64,000 nt of DNA from Dehalococcoidia bacterium (GCA_965203835.1 OZ241919.1:596188-660187), one strand, 5' to 3'. Positions 24,084-33,690 are shown, counted from the stretch's first letter. Notes: generated by a model not told the origin, from the sequence alone. Numbers and translations: made by a program.

Positions 24084-25716
24084 GAATACCGACCTGGCCC
24101 CGGTGGCCCTGTACGCCCGGGTGTCCAGCGACCGCCAGGACGTGGACCTGTCCGTGGCCGCCCAGCTTCGGGCCTTGCGAGACTACGCCGACAAGAACGG
24201 CTACCTGGTGGTCCGCGAGTTTGTCGACGAAGCCGAGAGCGGGCGCATAGCCGATAGGCCCCAGTTCCGCAAGATGCTGGACGAGGCCGGCAAGCCGGAG
24301 GCCCCTTTTAGCGAGATTTTGGTCTGGAAATTCTCTCGCTTCACCCGCAAGCGGGAACACGCCGTGGCTTTCAAGTCCATGCTCCGGCGCAAGGGCATCC
24401 GCGTCGTGTCCATCACCGAGCACGCCGACGACACCCCCACCGGCAAGCTCATGGAGGCCATCATCGAGTCCGTGGATGAATTTTACTCGGAAAATTTAGC
24501 TCAAGAAGTGACGCGGGGAATGCGGGAAGCCGCCTCCCGGGGCTTTTGGATGAACGCCAGCGCCCCCTACGGCTACCGGCGGGTCTACGTCCAGGACGGG
24601 GCCAAGAAGCGGCCCCGGCTGGAACTCAACCCGCCCCACGACGCCGTGGTCCGCCGCATCTTCGACCTCACCCTCCAGGGCCGGACCTCCCTGGACATCC
24701 TCAAGACCCTGAACGCCGAGGGCATCCCCTCCCCCAAGGGCAGGCAGTGGCGCAAGACGACCGTTCACAAGGTGCTGACCAACGAAGCCTACACGGGCAG
24801 CCTTGTATGGGGCCAGAAGGCCAGGGACGGACAGGAGCCGGTTCGCGTGGAGAACGCCTTCCCCGCCATCGTGTCAGCGGACGAGTTCGACCGGGCCAGG
24901 AGGCTGTTGGAGTCGCGGGCGCCCAAGGTGACCCACCCCCGCCGCGCCGCCAATCCCTACCTGCTCAGTGGGTTGGCCAAGTGCGAGTCCTGCAACAAAG
25001 CCCTCACCGCCGCCGAGGCCAAGAGCGGCAAGTACACCTACTACGTCTGCCAGTCTTTGCTCAAGCAGGGCAGCGGGTCCTGCGACACCCCCAGGCTGAA
25101 CGCCAAGAACTTCGAGGGCATCATCGTCTCCAACATCCGTGAGAACATTCTCACCGAGTCCAACGTCCGCGACCTGGTGCGGCTGGTGGACGAGGAGATG
25201 GACGGCATCGCCCGTGAACAGCGGCAGAACCTGGAAACCATCGAGGCCGAACTGGAAGAGGTGAAGCGGAAGCTGGACCGCATCTGGCACTTCGTCGAGA
25301 GCACCGACCTGGACATGGCCGACGCCTCGGAGCGCATCCTGGAACACCGCCACCGGCGGGAGCAACTGGAAGCCGCCGCCGAGGAAGCGCGGGCTGTGCT
25401 GTCCCAGCGGCGGGAATTGCTGGACAGCGCCGACGTAATCGCCGCCTTCGCCCGAGACATGAGCGAGTTTCTCAAGACCAGCGAACTCACCGAGACCAAA
25501 GCCTTCGTGCGGTCCTTCGTGAAGGAGGTGCTGGTGCGGCCCGGCGGGGCGACGATTATCTACACGATCCCCACGCCGGAAGATAGTCCCATAGGGGGCA
25601 AGGACGCTGCTGAAATCGCCTTGGATGGCGGAGTTCGCAGTAATAGATACGGTGGTGGAGGTGAGGGGAATCGAACCCCTGGCCCCCTGCGTGCAAAGCA
25701 GGTGCTCTCCCGCTGA
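24076..25716 (+). CDS. Large serine recombinase (integrase)
   Basis: Catalytic block ALYARVSSDRQ. Recombinase domain. Zinc-ribbon cysteines CESC...YYVC...GSC. Coiled-coil C-terminal region. GAGGTGA SD. The ORF stops 64 nt inside tRNA-Ala. Confidence 0.9.
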   Translation: MSRNTDLAPVALYARVSSDRQDVDLSVAAQLRALRDYADKNGYLVVREFVDEAESGRIADRPQFRKMLDEAGKPEAPFSEILVWKFSRFTRKREHAVAFKSMLRRKGIRVVSITEHADDTPTGKLMEAIIESVDEFYSENLAQEVTRGMREAASRGFWMNASAPYGYRRVYVQDGAKKRPRLELNPPHDAVVRRIFDLTLQGRTSLDILKTLNAEGIPSPKGRQWRKTTVHKVLTNEAYTGSLVWGQKARDGQEPVRVENAFPAIVSADEFDRARRLLESRAPKVTHPRRAANPYLLSGLAKCESCNKALTAAEAKSGKYTYYVCQSLLKQGSGSCDTPRLNAKNFEGIIVSNIRENILTESNVRDLVRLVDEEMDGIAREQRQNLETIEAELEEVKRKLDRIWHFVESTDLDMADASERILEHRHRREQLEAAAEEARAVLSQRRELLDSADVIAAFARDMSEFLKTSELTETKAFVRSFVKEVLVRPGGATIIYTIPTPEDSPIGGKDAAEIALDGGVRSNRYGGGGEGNRTPGPLRAKQVLSR

Positions 25717-25727
25717 GCTACACCCCC
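25653..25727 (-). tRNA. tRNA-Ala (anticodon UGC), CCA encoded
   Basis: Hand-folded cloverleaf. Acceptor GGGGGTG/CACCTCC with the G3:U70 alanine identity pair. Anticodon loop TTTGCAC. T-arm AGGGG-TTCGATT-CCCCT. 3' ACCA. Confidence 0.92.
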
Positions 25728-25865
25728 ATGGTCTACATCAATTATACCGGATAGCCGCGGGATACGGCATTGGTACTGACGGGAGTTCTTCCGATAGCTC
25801 CGTAGTGCGCAGGGGTATCCTGTGATGAGTAAGGCGGCCTTATGTCGCCAGGGGCTGGTTTTTTG

Positions 25866-26852
25866 TTAGCTGGTGCCACGCAGCCTGGGGTCCAGCACGT
25901 CCCTGAGGGCGTCGCCCAACAGGTTAACGCTGAATACTGCCATACAAATAACCAAGCCGGGGAACAGCAACAACCAGGGAGAGACCTCAATGAAGTTGTT
26001 GCCGGCGACGGAAAGCATCCCGCCCCATGTCGGGTCGTCCGGCGGGGCGCCCACGCCCAGGAAGCTGAGGGCGGCCTCTACGACTATGGCGTAGCCAAGG
26101 TTGGCGGTAGCGAAAACGATGTAGGGGGCGGCGCAATTAGGGGCGATATGGCGCAGGATGATCCGTACTGGACCGGCGCCTACCGCGGTAGCCGCCAGCA
26201 CGTAGTCCGTCTCTCTTATGGCCATAGCTTGGGCCCGAATCACTCGCCCTGACCCGGTTATAAAAATTACTATCAACGCCAGGATAACGTTGGTGATGGA
26301 CGCACCGAAAGCGGCCACGATTGCCAAGGCAAGGATAATCACCGGGATGGACATCAGGGTGTCCAGAAGGCGCTGGACCACCAAGTCGATGATACCCCCG
26401 AAATAGGCGCTGGCCATTCCTATCAACGCCCCGGTGGTGACGCCAACTAATACGCTGATCGCAGCTACGCGAATAGAGGTTTTGGCGCCGTGAAGCAACC
26501 TGCTCAAGGTGTCTCGCCCCAACTGGTCTGCTCCCAGCCAGAAAGTCTTGCCGAAGTTTTCCCTGCAGGCCGTCTCGGAATTACATACGACGCCGGGACC
26601 GGCGTACTTGAACTTTCCATGCGGCGAGTAGGGGTCAAAGGGAGCGACCGCGGGCCCGATGGGTATAAGTAGTAGCATTACCACGAAGATGACCCCGCCA
26701 ACGGCGCCCAGCGGCTTCTTTCTAGCGAAATCGGTCAGGGCCTTTCCGGTTGTCTTTACCGCATAGGCGGCCGCCTGTGGGGCGTTGCGGGATAGCGTAG
26801 CTCCCGGTCCCTGTTGGTCGACCGGGCTAAGCATACCTGATCCTAGGGTCAA
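25866..26852 (-). CDS. ABC transporter permease (DppC/OppC-like)
   Basis: Multi-TM protein typical of peptide/nickel ABC permeases. Follows the first permease with a short overlap. Confidence 0.85.
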   Translation of the reverse strand: MTLGSGMLSPVDQQGPGATLSRNAPQAAAYAVKTTGKALTDFARKKPLGAVGGVIFVVMLLLIPIGPAVAPFDPYSPHGKFKYAGPGVVCNSETACRENFGKTFWLGADQLGRDTLSRLLHGAKTSIRVAAISVLVGVTTGALIGMASAYFGGIIDLVVQRLLDTLMSIPVIILALAIVAAFGASITNVILALIVIFITGSGRVIRAQAMAIRETDYVLAATAVGAGPVRIILRHIAPNCAAPYIVFATANLGYAIVVEAALSFLGVGAPPDDPTWGGMLSVAGNNFIEVSPWLLLFPGLVICMAVFSVNLLGDALRDVLDPRLRGTS

Positions 26853-27783
26853 TCCAAGCGAGGGCCAGATCCACCAGCAGGTTGACGGTCAACACTGACA
26901 CCGAGAACACTATGACCACTCCCTGCACCAGGTTGTAGTCCCGCTGCCCAATGCTTTCTATCAACAGCCTGCCCAAGCCGGGAACAACGAAGATTTGCTC
27001 GATGATTACGGAGCCGCCCAGCAAAATGGCCAAGGACCAACCGGCCACTCCGAATATGGGCAGCAGCGCGTTTTTGAGAGCATGGCGGGCCAGGACTACC
27101 CTTTCGTGAAGGCCCTTGGACTTGGCGGTGCGTATATAGTCTTCGCGGAGCACCTCCAGCATCGCTGAACGGGTGACCCTGGCGGTGAAATTCATCTGGA
27201 ATATGGCAAGGGTCAAGGCCGGGAAGAAAATTTGTTGCAGGTTTTCCCACGGCGCTTCCCAAAGTTTGGCGTAACCGAACGGAGGCAGCCAGTTGAACAC
27301 ACGGGCCAGGATGTAAATCGACACTATGCCGGTTACGAAGATGGGAACGCTGATGCCGAAGATGGTGAAGCCTCTGCCAATGTAGTCGAACAGGGAGTCT
27401 TGAGCAATGGCCGAAGCTATGCCCAACGGCACGGCGAGGACGATGCTGATGATCATCGCCAGAATGGCTATCTCGAAGGTGATAGGGATGCGCGGGCTGA
27501 GTTCCTCGCTTACCGGCCTCTGGTAGTACAGGGCCTTGCCCATATCCCCTCTGAGCATCCCCCATATCCAGTCGACATATTGCACGGGGAGCGGGCGGTC
27601 TATACCAAGTTCGGCCCGTTTCTTGGCCAGGTCCTCCTCGGTGTAGCTGGCATCGCCCCCGGCGGCCAGAAGCTGTATAGCCGGGTCGCCGGGAATCACC
27701 CGCATTAGCAGGAATACCAGAACCGTAATAAGCGCCAGAGTGGGGAAGTAAAGCAGAACCCTCTTTACAATATATTGTCTCAA
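26827..27783 (-). CDS. ABC transporter permease (DppB/OppB-like)
   Basis: 318-aa, 6-TM protein. N-terminal MRQYIVKRVLLYFPTL and C-terminal DPRIRY are typical of the DppB family. Confidence 0.85.
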   Translation of the reverse strand: MRQYIVKRVLLYFPTLALITVLVFLLMRVIPGDPAIQLLAAGGDASYTEEDLAKKRAELGIDRPLPVQYVDWIWGMLRGDMGKALYYQRPVSEELSPRIPITFEIAILAMIISIVLAVPLGIASAIAQDSLFDYIGRGFTIFGISVPIFVTGIVSIYILARVFNWLPPFGYAKLWEAPWENLQQIFFPALTLAIFQMNFTARVTRSAMLEVLREDYIRTAKSKGLHERVVLARHALKNALLPIFGVAGWSLAILLGGSVIIEQIFVVPGLGRLLIESIGQRDYNLVQGVVIVFSVSVLTVNLLVDLALAWIDPRIRYA

Positions 27784-27815
27784 CAGCCTGCTCCCCTGCT
27801 TCGCTTAAACCCGGG

Positions 27816-29624
27816 CTATTCCTCTATCCAGATGTGCTCGACTATTGAACCGACCGCGGTCTGGATGGTGTCAGGGACGACATAGCCGCCAGCGGCAGTC
27901 TTCATCTTGTTGTTGACCACGTTGTAAAAGGGCCGCCACTGGAAGATTATGTTCCCGTGACCTTCCCCGGTAAGCAAGTAGTCCTCAATTTTTCTGAGAA
28001 TCTCTTTCCTTTTCTCTAAGTCCAGTTCGGCGCTCTGCTGCTGGAACCACTCGACGTATTCAGGCGGCGGCTGCCAGCGGCTCCAGGCACGGTCAGTGGG
28101 CATGAACTGGGCGTTCACGAAGTCGTCCGGGTCCAGTATGTTAATACCGTATCCGGAACCGCCAATGGCGTAACTGCCCGAGATGTGCTCCGGGTTGACG
28201 GCTGCCAAGTCCTTGATGACCAGCTTGATGTCCAAACCCAGGTTCCGTTTCATCTGTTCCTTGAACAAAGCCATATAGTCCGGGAACCCGGCGGCAGTGA
28301 AGCTGGAGAGGGTAATTTCTCCGATGGCGCTGGGCGGGTCGTAACCCGCCTCTTTCATCACCGCCACCGCATCGTCTATATCATCCTGTTTGGTCCGGGG
28401 GCAACCGTCACAACCGCCGAAACCGGGAAATTGCTTCAATTCCTCCGTAGAGTAGGAGTACCACTGGTCGGGGATGAATGGGGCCCCAACGGCGTTCTTG
28501 CCATCCCCGAAGGTTTCCTGGAATTCCCAACGGTCAAGTGCAAGCCACAGTGCTTTCCGCAGCTTCGGATTGCTCCAGACTGGGTCATTGGTGTTCATGA
28601 TTATGTCGCCCAGAGTCGCCGTCTTGGTGTAGTAAGCAGCCAGGAACGGCTCTTGCTCCAGTTCGGCCACGTCTTCAGCAGAGATGTTCATAACAGTAGT
28701 GCTGGACATCATCAGCCGCTCGGTCTTGTAACCGGCTACTATCGTGCCCGCGTCGACCATTGTGAAGGACTTGTAGCCGTCCAGGTAGGGCACCCCTTCT
28801 TTGAAATAGTCGGGGTTTCTCTCGAACTCATAGAAGCTTCCCCGCTGCCATTCCTTCACCTTGAAGGGACCGCTGCCCATCACGTCTTCAAATCGTTCGA
28901 ACCCCTGCTCTTTCTGCGCCTCGGGGAGAATCAACATGAAGTCCACACCCATCAACTGAAGGATGGCGGCGGAAGCGTATTTGAGGTGGATATCGACGGT
29001 GGTTTCGTTCACGACCTCAGCCCGGTCGATATAGGGGCGCAACAGGCCTGTCCTGGGCCTGGGTTCGCCGGGTTCAATCCAGCGGTTGATACTGAACGCC
29101 ACGTCGGTGGCCGTCAAAGGGGTGCCATCCCACCACGAAGCGTTGTCGTGGATGACAAAGGTGTACTTGGAGCCGTCGTCGGCCAGCGTCCAGCTTTTGG
29201 CCAGGTCCGCCACCAACTCGGAGGTGTTGGTCGGGTCAAAGTACACCAATTGATTGTGCAACGGGCTGCGGAATTGGGAGGACTGGAGGGTGCCCGCCGC
29301 GTGGACGTCGAACAGCTCAACGTCACCGTAATTCACCATGTTGACGGTACCACCCTGCTTGCCGGGAACAGCCTCCAGCACGGGGGCATCTTCCGCCATC
29401 GACTCGGACTCCGCGGCGGGCTCCGTTGCCATCATGGCCTTGGTAGGTTCCATTGCCTCCGTAGGCTCCGGCATTGCGGGCGCTTCGGTTGGCGCGGCTG
29501 TGGGCGGCTGGGTTGCCGGTGGGGCCGCCTCAGGCTCCGACGTGCAGGCTATCCCAATCACAAGGACAAGCACCAACAGAGTCGATAGAAGCAGATTGGT
29601 CTTAAGCCACGGGGAGAAACGCAT
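27816..29624 (-). CDS. ABC transporter substrate-binding lipoprotein (family 5, peptide/nickel type)
   Basis: 602 aa. Signal peptide with lipobox IGIAC. Pro/Ala/Thr/Glu-rich linker. Family-5 SBP body. Confidence 0.85.
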   Translation of the reverse strand: MRFSPWLKTNLLLSTLLVLVLVIGIACTSEPEAAPPATQPPTAAPTEAPAMPEPTEAMEPTKAMMATEPAAESESMAEDAPVLEAVPGKQGGTVNMVNYGDVELFDVHAAGTLQSSQFRSPLHNQLVYFDPTNTSELVADLAKSWTLADDGSKYTFVIHDNASWWDGTPLTATDVAFSINRWIEPGEPRPRTGLLRPYIDRAEVVNETTVDIHLKYASAAILQLMGVDFMLILPEAQKEQGFERFEDVMGSGPFKVKEWQRGSFYEFERNPDYFKEGVPYLDGYKSFTMVDAGTIVAGYKTERLMMSSTTVMNISAEDVAELEQEPFLAAYYTKTATLGDIIMNTNDPVWSNPKLRKALWLALDRWEFQETFGDGKNAVGAPFIPDQWYSYSTEELKQFPGFGGCDGCPRTKQDDIDDAVAVMKEAGYDPPSAIGEITLSSFTAAGFPDYMALFKEQMKRNLGLDIKLVIKDLAAVNPEHISGSYAIGGSGYGINILDPDDFVNAQFMPTDRAWSRWQPPPEYVEWFQQQSAELDLEKRKEILRKIEDYLLTGEGHGNIIFQWRPFYNVVNNKMKTAAGGYVVPDTIQTAVGSIVEHIWIEE

Positions 29625-29763
29625 AAGATAACCTCCAGACAGTAATCCTTGAAGCTGGTATCCTGTTGGACGGTTGCCCCGGTAGAGGCAGGGGCTGGTT
29701 CGCAGCGTTTGGGTGATATTAAGAGTCCACTATATTATTGTCAACCACACAAGGAGGCCCTCA

Positions 29764-30519
29764 ATGGCTGTACGCAAACGTATCGGGGTGATGATGCCCA
29801 CGACGAATACCACCGTCGAACCCGACTTCAACCGCATCGCCCCGCCGGGCGTGACGATTCACGCCCAGCACCTGTGGATTTCGTCCTTCAGGGAAGGGCC
29901 GGACGCCATCCGGGACGCTATGGACGAGATGAACGCCCAGCTTGAGCAGGGGGCTTGGTACCTGTCTCAAGGGAAGGTGGAAGTCGTCAGCATGGTGGGC
30001 ACCACGAACAGCTTCTACCGGGACCGGGCGTGGAGCAATGAGATGGAGCAGATTATGTCCAAGGCTGCCGGGGGCTTGCCCGCGGTGGCGACCAGCCCGT
30101 CGGTGGTGCAGGCCCTCAACCACTTCGGCGCAAAGAAAATCTCCGTGGCCACGCCCTACCCAGACTGGAGCAACGAGCGGTTGAAGCTCTACTTCGACTC
30201 CGCCGGGTTCGACGTCCTCAATGTGGAAGGGGAGCCTTGGGCGGCCCAAGCCGGCCCACAAGGAATGAACGATCAGGACCCGGAGTTGATAGTGGAGTTT
30301 GCGTCGAAGGTATGCCGCGACGACGCCGACGCGCTTTTCTGCGCCTGTACCGGCTGGCGGGCCATGGAGGCCGCCGCCGAGCTTGAGCAGCGCCTCGGCA
30401 AGCCGGTGGTGACGTCAGTCCAAGCAACCGCTTGGCGCACCTTCCGCAAGGTTGGCATCACCCAGTCAATCAGCGGCTCCGGCAGCCTTCTGGAGCAGAT
30501 GCCGCCAGTGGCGGACTAA
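29764..30519 (+). CDS. Asp/Glu racemase superfamily protein (maleate isomerase / arylmalonate decarboxylase-like)
   Basis: AGGAGG SD before the ATG at 29764. RIGVMMPTTNTTVEPDF N-terminus and the two Cys-containing half-domains are typical of the family. Confidence 0.7.
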   Translation: MAVRKRIGVMMPTTNTTVEPDFNRIAPPGVTIHAQHLWISSFREGPDAIRDAMDEMNAQLEQGAWYLSQGKVEVVSMVGTTNSFYRDRAWSNEMEQIMSKAAGGLPAVATSPSVVQALNHFGAKKISVATPYPDWSNERLKLYFDSAGFDVLNVEGEPWAAQAGPQGMNDQDPELIVEFASKVCRDDADALFCACTGWRAMEAAAELEQRLGKPVVTSVQATAWRTFRKVGITQSISGSGSLLEQMPPVAD

Positions 30520-30623
30520 TCGACAGGGGATGCAGCACGGGTTATCATACCCCCGACGACACGGAGGCAGGCTCTGTTGTTGCATCCGTCCGTCGGAATT
30601 TTCGTTATTGAAGAGAGGAAAAA

Positions 30624-31823
30624 ATGCGAGAAGTCGCTATCGTTTCACCCGTCCGGACGCCCGTGGGAGGGTTTGGCGGCAGTATGCGCGGTGTCTCGGC
30701 GGCAGAGCTGGCCAGCATAGTCATCCAGGAATCCCTGAACCGCGCCGGCCTCGAGGCCGACAAGGTTGACGACGTCATCCTGGGCCACGGCTATCCCAGC
30801 GGCGAGAACCCCGCCATCGGACGGCTGGCCGGGTTGAAAGCGGGCCTACCGATAGAGGTCCCCGGCTACCAGTTGGACCGCCGTTGCTCCTCCGGCCTTC
30901 AAGCCATCCTCAACGCCTCCATGCTGGTGCAGACGGAGAACGCCGACGTGGTAATAGCCGGCGGCGTGGAGAGCATGAGCAACGCCGAGTTCTACACCAA
31001 CGAGACCCGCTGGGGCGCCCGCTTCGGCTCGGTGACCATGCACGACCGCCTGAACCGGGCCAGGGAGACCATGTCGCCGGACGAGCGGTTCGGCTACATA
31101 TCCGGCATGATCGAGACCGCCGAAAACCTGGCCAAGCAGTACGAAATCACGCGGCAGGAGCAGGACGAGTACGCCCTGCGCAGCCACCAGCGGGCGGTCG
31201 CCGCTTCCGAAGGCGGCGTCTTTCAAGACGAGATAGTTGCGGTGCCAGTCCCGCAGCGCCGCGGCGATCCAGTGCCCTTCGGCAAGGACGAAGGCCCCCG
31301 GGCCGACACGTCCATGGAGGTGCTGGGCCGGTTGCGTCCCATCATACGAGAGGGCACCGTGACCGCCGGCAACGCCAGCAGCCAGAATGACGCCGCATCC
31401 GTGTGCTTGGTGGTGGCGGCGGACAAGCTGGAGGAGCTGGGCTTGAAGGCTATGGGCTACCTGCGCGGATGGGCCGTCACCGGATGCCACCCGGCCTACA
31501 TGGGCATCGGCCCCGTGGGGGCGGTGTCCAAGGTCATGGGCAAGGTGGGCCTCTCCTTGGACGACATGGACCTGATAGAACTCAATGAGGCCTTCGCCGC
31601 CCAGGTGCTCTCCGTCCTGCGCGAGTGGAAGCTGCCCAACGAGGACAAGCTCAACGTCAACGGGTCAGGCATTTCCTTGGGCCATCCCATCGCCGCCACT
31701 GGCGCCCGCATCCTCACCACCCTTCTCCACGAAATGGAGCGACGGGACGCCCAGTTCGGCCTGGAGACCATGTGCGTCGGCGGCGGGCAGGGCGTCGCGG
31801 CGGTCTTCGAGCGCAAGAATTAA
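30624..31823 (+). CDS. Acetyl-CoA C-acetyltransferase (thiolase)
   Basis: Active-site Cys block RRCSSGLQAI. GHP(I/L)GATG block. C-terminal CVGGGQGVA. Confidence 0.92.
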   Translation: MREVAIVSPVRTPVGGFGGSMRGVSAAELASIVIQESLNRAGLEADKVDDVILGHGYPSGENPAIGRLAGLKAGLPIEVPGYQLDRRCSSGLQAILNASMLVQTENADVVIAGGVESMSNAEFYTNETRWGARFGSVTMHDRLNRARETMSPDERFGYISGMIETAENLAKQYEITRQEQDEYALRSHQRAVAASEGGVFQDEIVAVPVPQRRGDPVPFGKDEGPRADTSMEVLGRLRPIIREGTVTAGNASSQNDAASVCLVVAADKLEELGLKAMGYLRGWAVTGCHPAYMGIGPVGAVSKVMGKVGLSLDDMDLIELNEAFAAQVLSVLREWKLPNEDKLNVNGSGISLGHPIAATGARILTTLLHEMERRDAQFGLETMCVGGGQGVAAVFERKN

Positions 31824-31858
31824 ATGCTATTTCACAACTCGTTGCGGCGCACCGACTC

Positions 31859-31912
31859 GTCATTCCCGCGCAGGAACGTCACCCTCGCGCAGGCGGGGGC
31901 GGGAATCCATAC
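31859..31912. repeat. REP-like palindromic element (copy with internal duplication)
   Basis: GTCATTCCCGCGCAGG[AACGTCACCCTCGCGCAGG]CGGGGGCGGGAATCCATAC, downstream of the thiolase gene. Confidence 0.8.
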
Positions 31913-31992
31913 ACGTTTAATTCGTGTGCAAACGGGTGTTAAACAAGAGCGATAGGGTTCAGGGTAGTCCCTTAGACATCACAGGAGGATAT

Positions 31993-33588
31993 ATGGCCAC
32001 TGACCATGACATTGCCGACGTTTTAGTCATCGGAGGCGGCGCTTCCGGCGCCGCCTTTACTTGGAGCATGAGCCAGGCCGGCATCAAGGTGGTCTGCTTG
32101 GAACAGGGGGGATGGGTGCCTCCGGATGCCTTCCCCACCAGCGAGCCCGACGCCCAGATTCACTGGCAGACCGACTTCCACCCCAGCCCCAATGTCCGGG
32201 GACTGCCGGAGGACTACCCGCTCAACGAGTCGGAAACGCCCATCTCGCCCCTGATGTTTAACGCCGTAGGCGGCAGCACCATTCACTGGGGGTCTCACAT
32301 CCCGCGGTTTCATCCGTCGGACTTCCGGTTGCAGACAATGGATGGGGTGGCCGACGACTGGCCCTTGTCCTACTCGGAACTGGAACCCTATTACGACCAG
32401 AACGACCGGATGATCGGTATCTCCGGGTTGCGCGGCGACCCGGCTTATCCTCCCAAGCCCGAGCGGCCCTGTCCGCCGCTGTCCATCCGTCCCGGAGGGC
32501 AGGCGCTGGCCAAGGGGTTCGACAAACTCGGCTGGCACTGGTGGTCGTCGGACACCGCCCTTTCGTCCGTCCCCTATGACGGCCGAATGCCCGACAACGG
32601 CGGCTACCTGCGGTCTTCCGCAGCGACCGACTTGAACTACTGGCCCAAGGCGTTGCGGCAGAACGCCCGACTGGTGACCCACGCCCGCGTACGGGAAATC
32701 CTGGTTGACAAGACGGGCCGCGCCACCGGCGCCCTGTACTATGACAGCGAAGGCAACCTGCTGGAGCAACGGGCCAAGGTCGTGGTCATGGCCTGCAACG
32801 GCGTGGGCACCGCCCGCCTGCTGCTGAACTCCAAGTCCAACCTGTTCCCCGATGGCTTGGCCAACAGCTCAGGCTTGGTGGGCAAGAACCTGATGCACCA
32901 CCCCGCCGGCGTGGTGGTCGGGTTCGTCGACGAGTGGCTGGGAGTTGACGACGGCCCTCGGGGCAGCACCATGTTGAGCCAGGAGTTCTACGAGACCGAC
33001 GCCAGCAGGGGCTTTGTCCGGGGCTATGACATGCAGGTGATGGGGCAAGGTTCCTCGCCATTAGCTACCGCCCTCGGCGGTCTCCTGGGCATACGGGTGC
33101 CTTGGGGGGCGGGCCACCACCAGACCTTCCGCGAGAGGTTCGGCCACGCTATCGGCATCACCATCATGACCGAAGACCTGCCCGAGGAACACAACCAAGT
33201 AACGCTGGACCCGGATCTCACCGACAGCCACGGGATACCGGCCCCCAGGATACAGTACACCCTCAGCGAGAACACCAGCCGGATGCTGGACCACGGCTTG
33301 GCTCGAGCATCCGAAGCCCTGGAAGCTGCCGGCGCCAAGAACCTCTTGTCGGACAAAGTGCGCCGCAACGCGGGCTGGCATCTGCTGGGTACAGCAAGGA
33401 TGGGGAACGATCCATTCACCTCGGTGGTGGACCGCTGGGGCCGCGCCCACGACGTCCCCAACCTGTTCATTATCGACGGCAGCATCTTCACCACCGGCGC
33501 TTGTATCAACCCCACTCCCACTATTCAATCGCTGGCCCTGCGCTCCGCCGACTATCTCAAGGGCGAGGGGCAGGATACCATACGCTGA
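31993..33588 (+). CDS. GMC family FAD-dependent oxidoreductase
   Basis: AGGAGG SD. N-terminal DVLVIGGGASGAA dinucleotide-binding fold. C-terminal GMC block NLFIIDGSIF. Confidence 0.88.
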   Translation: MATDHDIADVLVIGGGASGAAFTWSMSQAGIKVVCLEQGGWVPPDAFPTSEPDAQIHWQTDFHPSPNVRGLPEDYPLNESETPISPLMFNAVGGSTIHWGSHIPRFHPSDFRLQTMDGVADDWPLSYSELEPYYDQNDRMIGISGLRGDPAYPPKPERPCPPLSIRPGGQALAKGFDKLGWHWWSSDTALSSVPYDGRMPDNGGYLRSSAATDLNYWPKALRQNARLVTHARVREILVDKTGRATGALYYDSEGNLLEQRAKVVVMACNGVGTARLLLNSKSNLFPDGLANSSGLVGKNLMHHPAGVVVGFVDEWLGVDDGPRGSTMLSQEFYETDASRGFVRGYDMQVMGQGSSPLATALGGLLGIRVPWGAGHHQTFRERFGHAIGITIMTEDLPEEHNQVTLDPDLTDSHGIPAPRIQYTLSENTSRMLDHGLARASEALEAAGAKNLLSDKVRRNAGWHLLGTARMGNDPFTSVVDRWGRAHDVPNLFIIDGSIFTTGACINPTPTIQSLALRSADYLKGEGQDTIR

Positions 33589-33626
33589 CCGGGTTACGAG
33601 TACCGGACAACCCGCCGGGAACGCCA

Positions 33627-33665
33627 AGGGCAACGATATTTTCATGTCGTTGCCCTTTGTGTTTT
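33627..33665 (+). terminator. Intrinsic terminator after the GMC oxidoreductase gene
   Basis: 10-bp stem AGGGCAACGA/TCGTTGCCCT, 10-nt loop, then TTTGTGTTTT. Confidence 0.75.
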
Positions 33666-33690
33666 CGGGGTTGAGAAAAAGGCTGGGCCA

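Larger units (their letters stand above)
12277..25716. mobile_element. Integrated high-GC mobilizable element (IME/ICE-like) at tRNA-Ala; left boundary not determined
   Basis: Holds a serine recombinase next to the tRNA, an XRE/ImmA switch, T4CP plus Replic_Relax, and many HTH genes. Hand-counted 60-nt lines inside are ~72% GC (19021, 11761), against 53% just right of the tRNA (25741) and 48-62% in BREX. Confidence 0.7.

Noticed and set aside
28185-29588. 467-aa plus-strand ORF opposite the ABC substrate-binding protein gene.
   Set aside because: Antisense artefact. The minus-strand product has a lipoprotein signal peptide and a family-5 SBP body.
31924-31992. Upstream extensions of several ORF-track entries: GMC 31924, SDR 44488, racemase-like 29713, ferredoxin 49566, RHH 23796, recombinase 24007, second SDR 39204 and pyrR 60271.
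   Set aside because: In each case an internal ATG with a good SD coincides with the start of family-typical sequence. The extensions have no SD and atypical composition.
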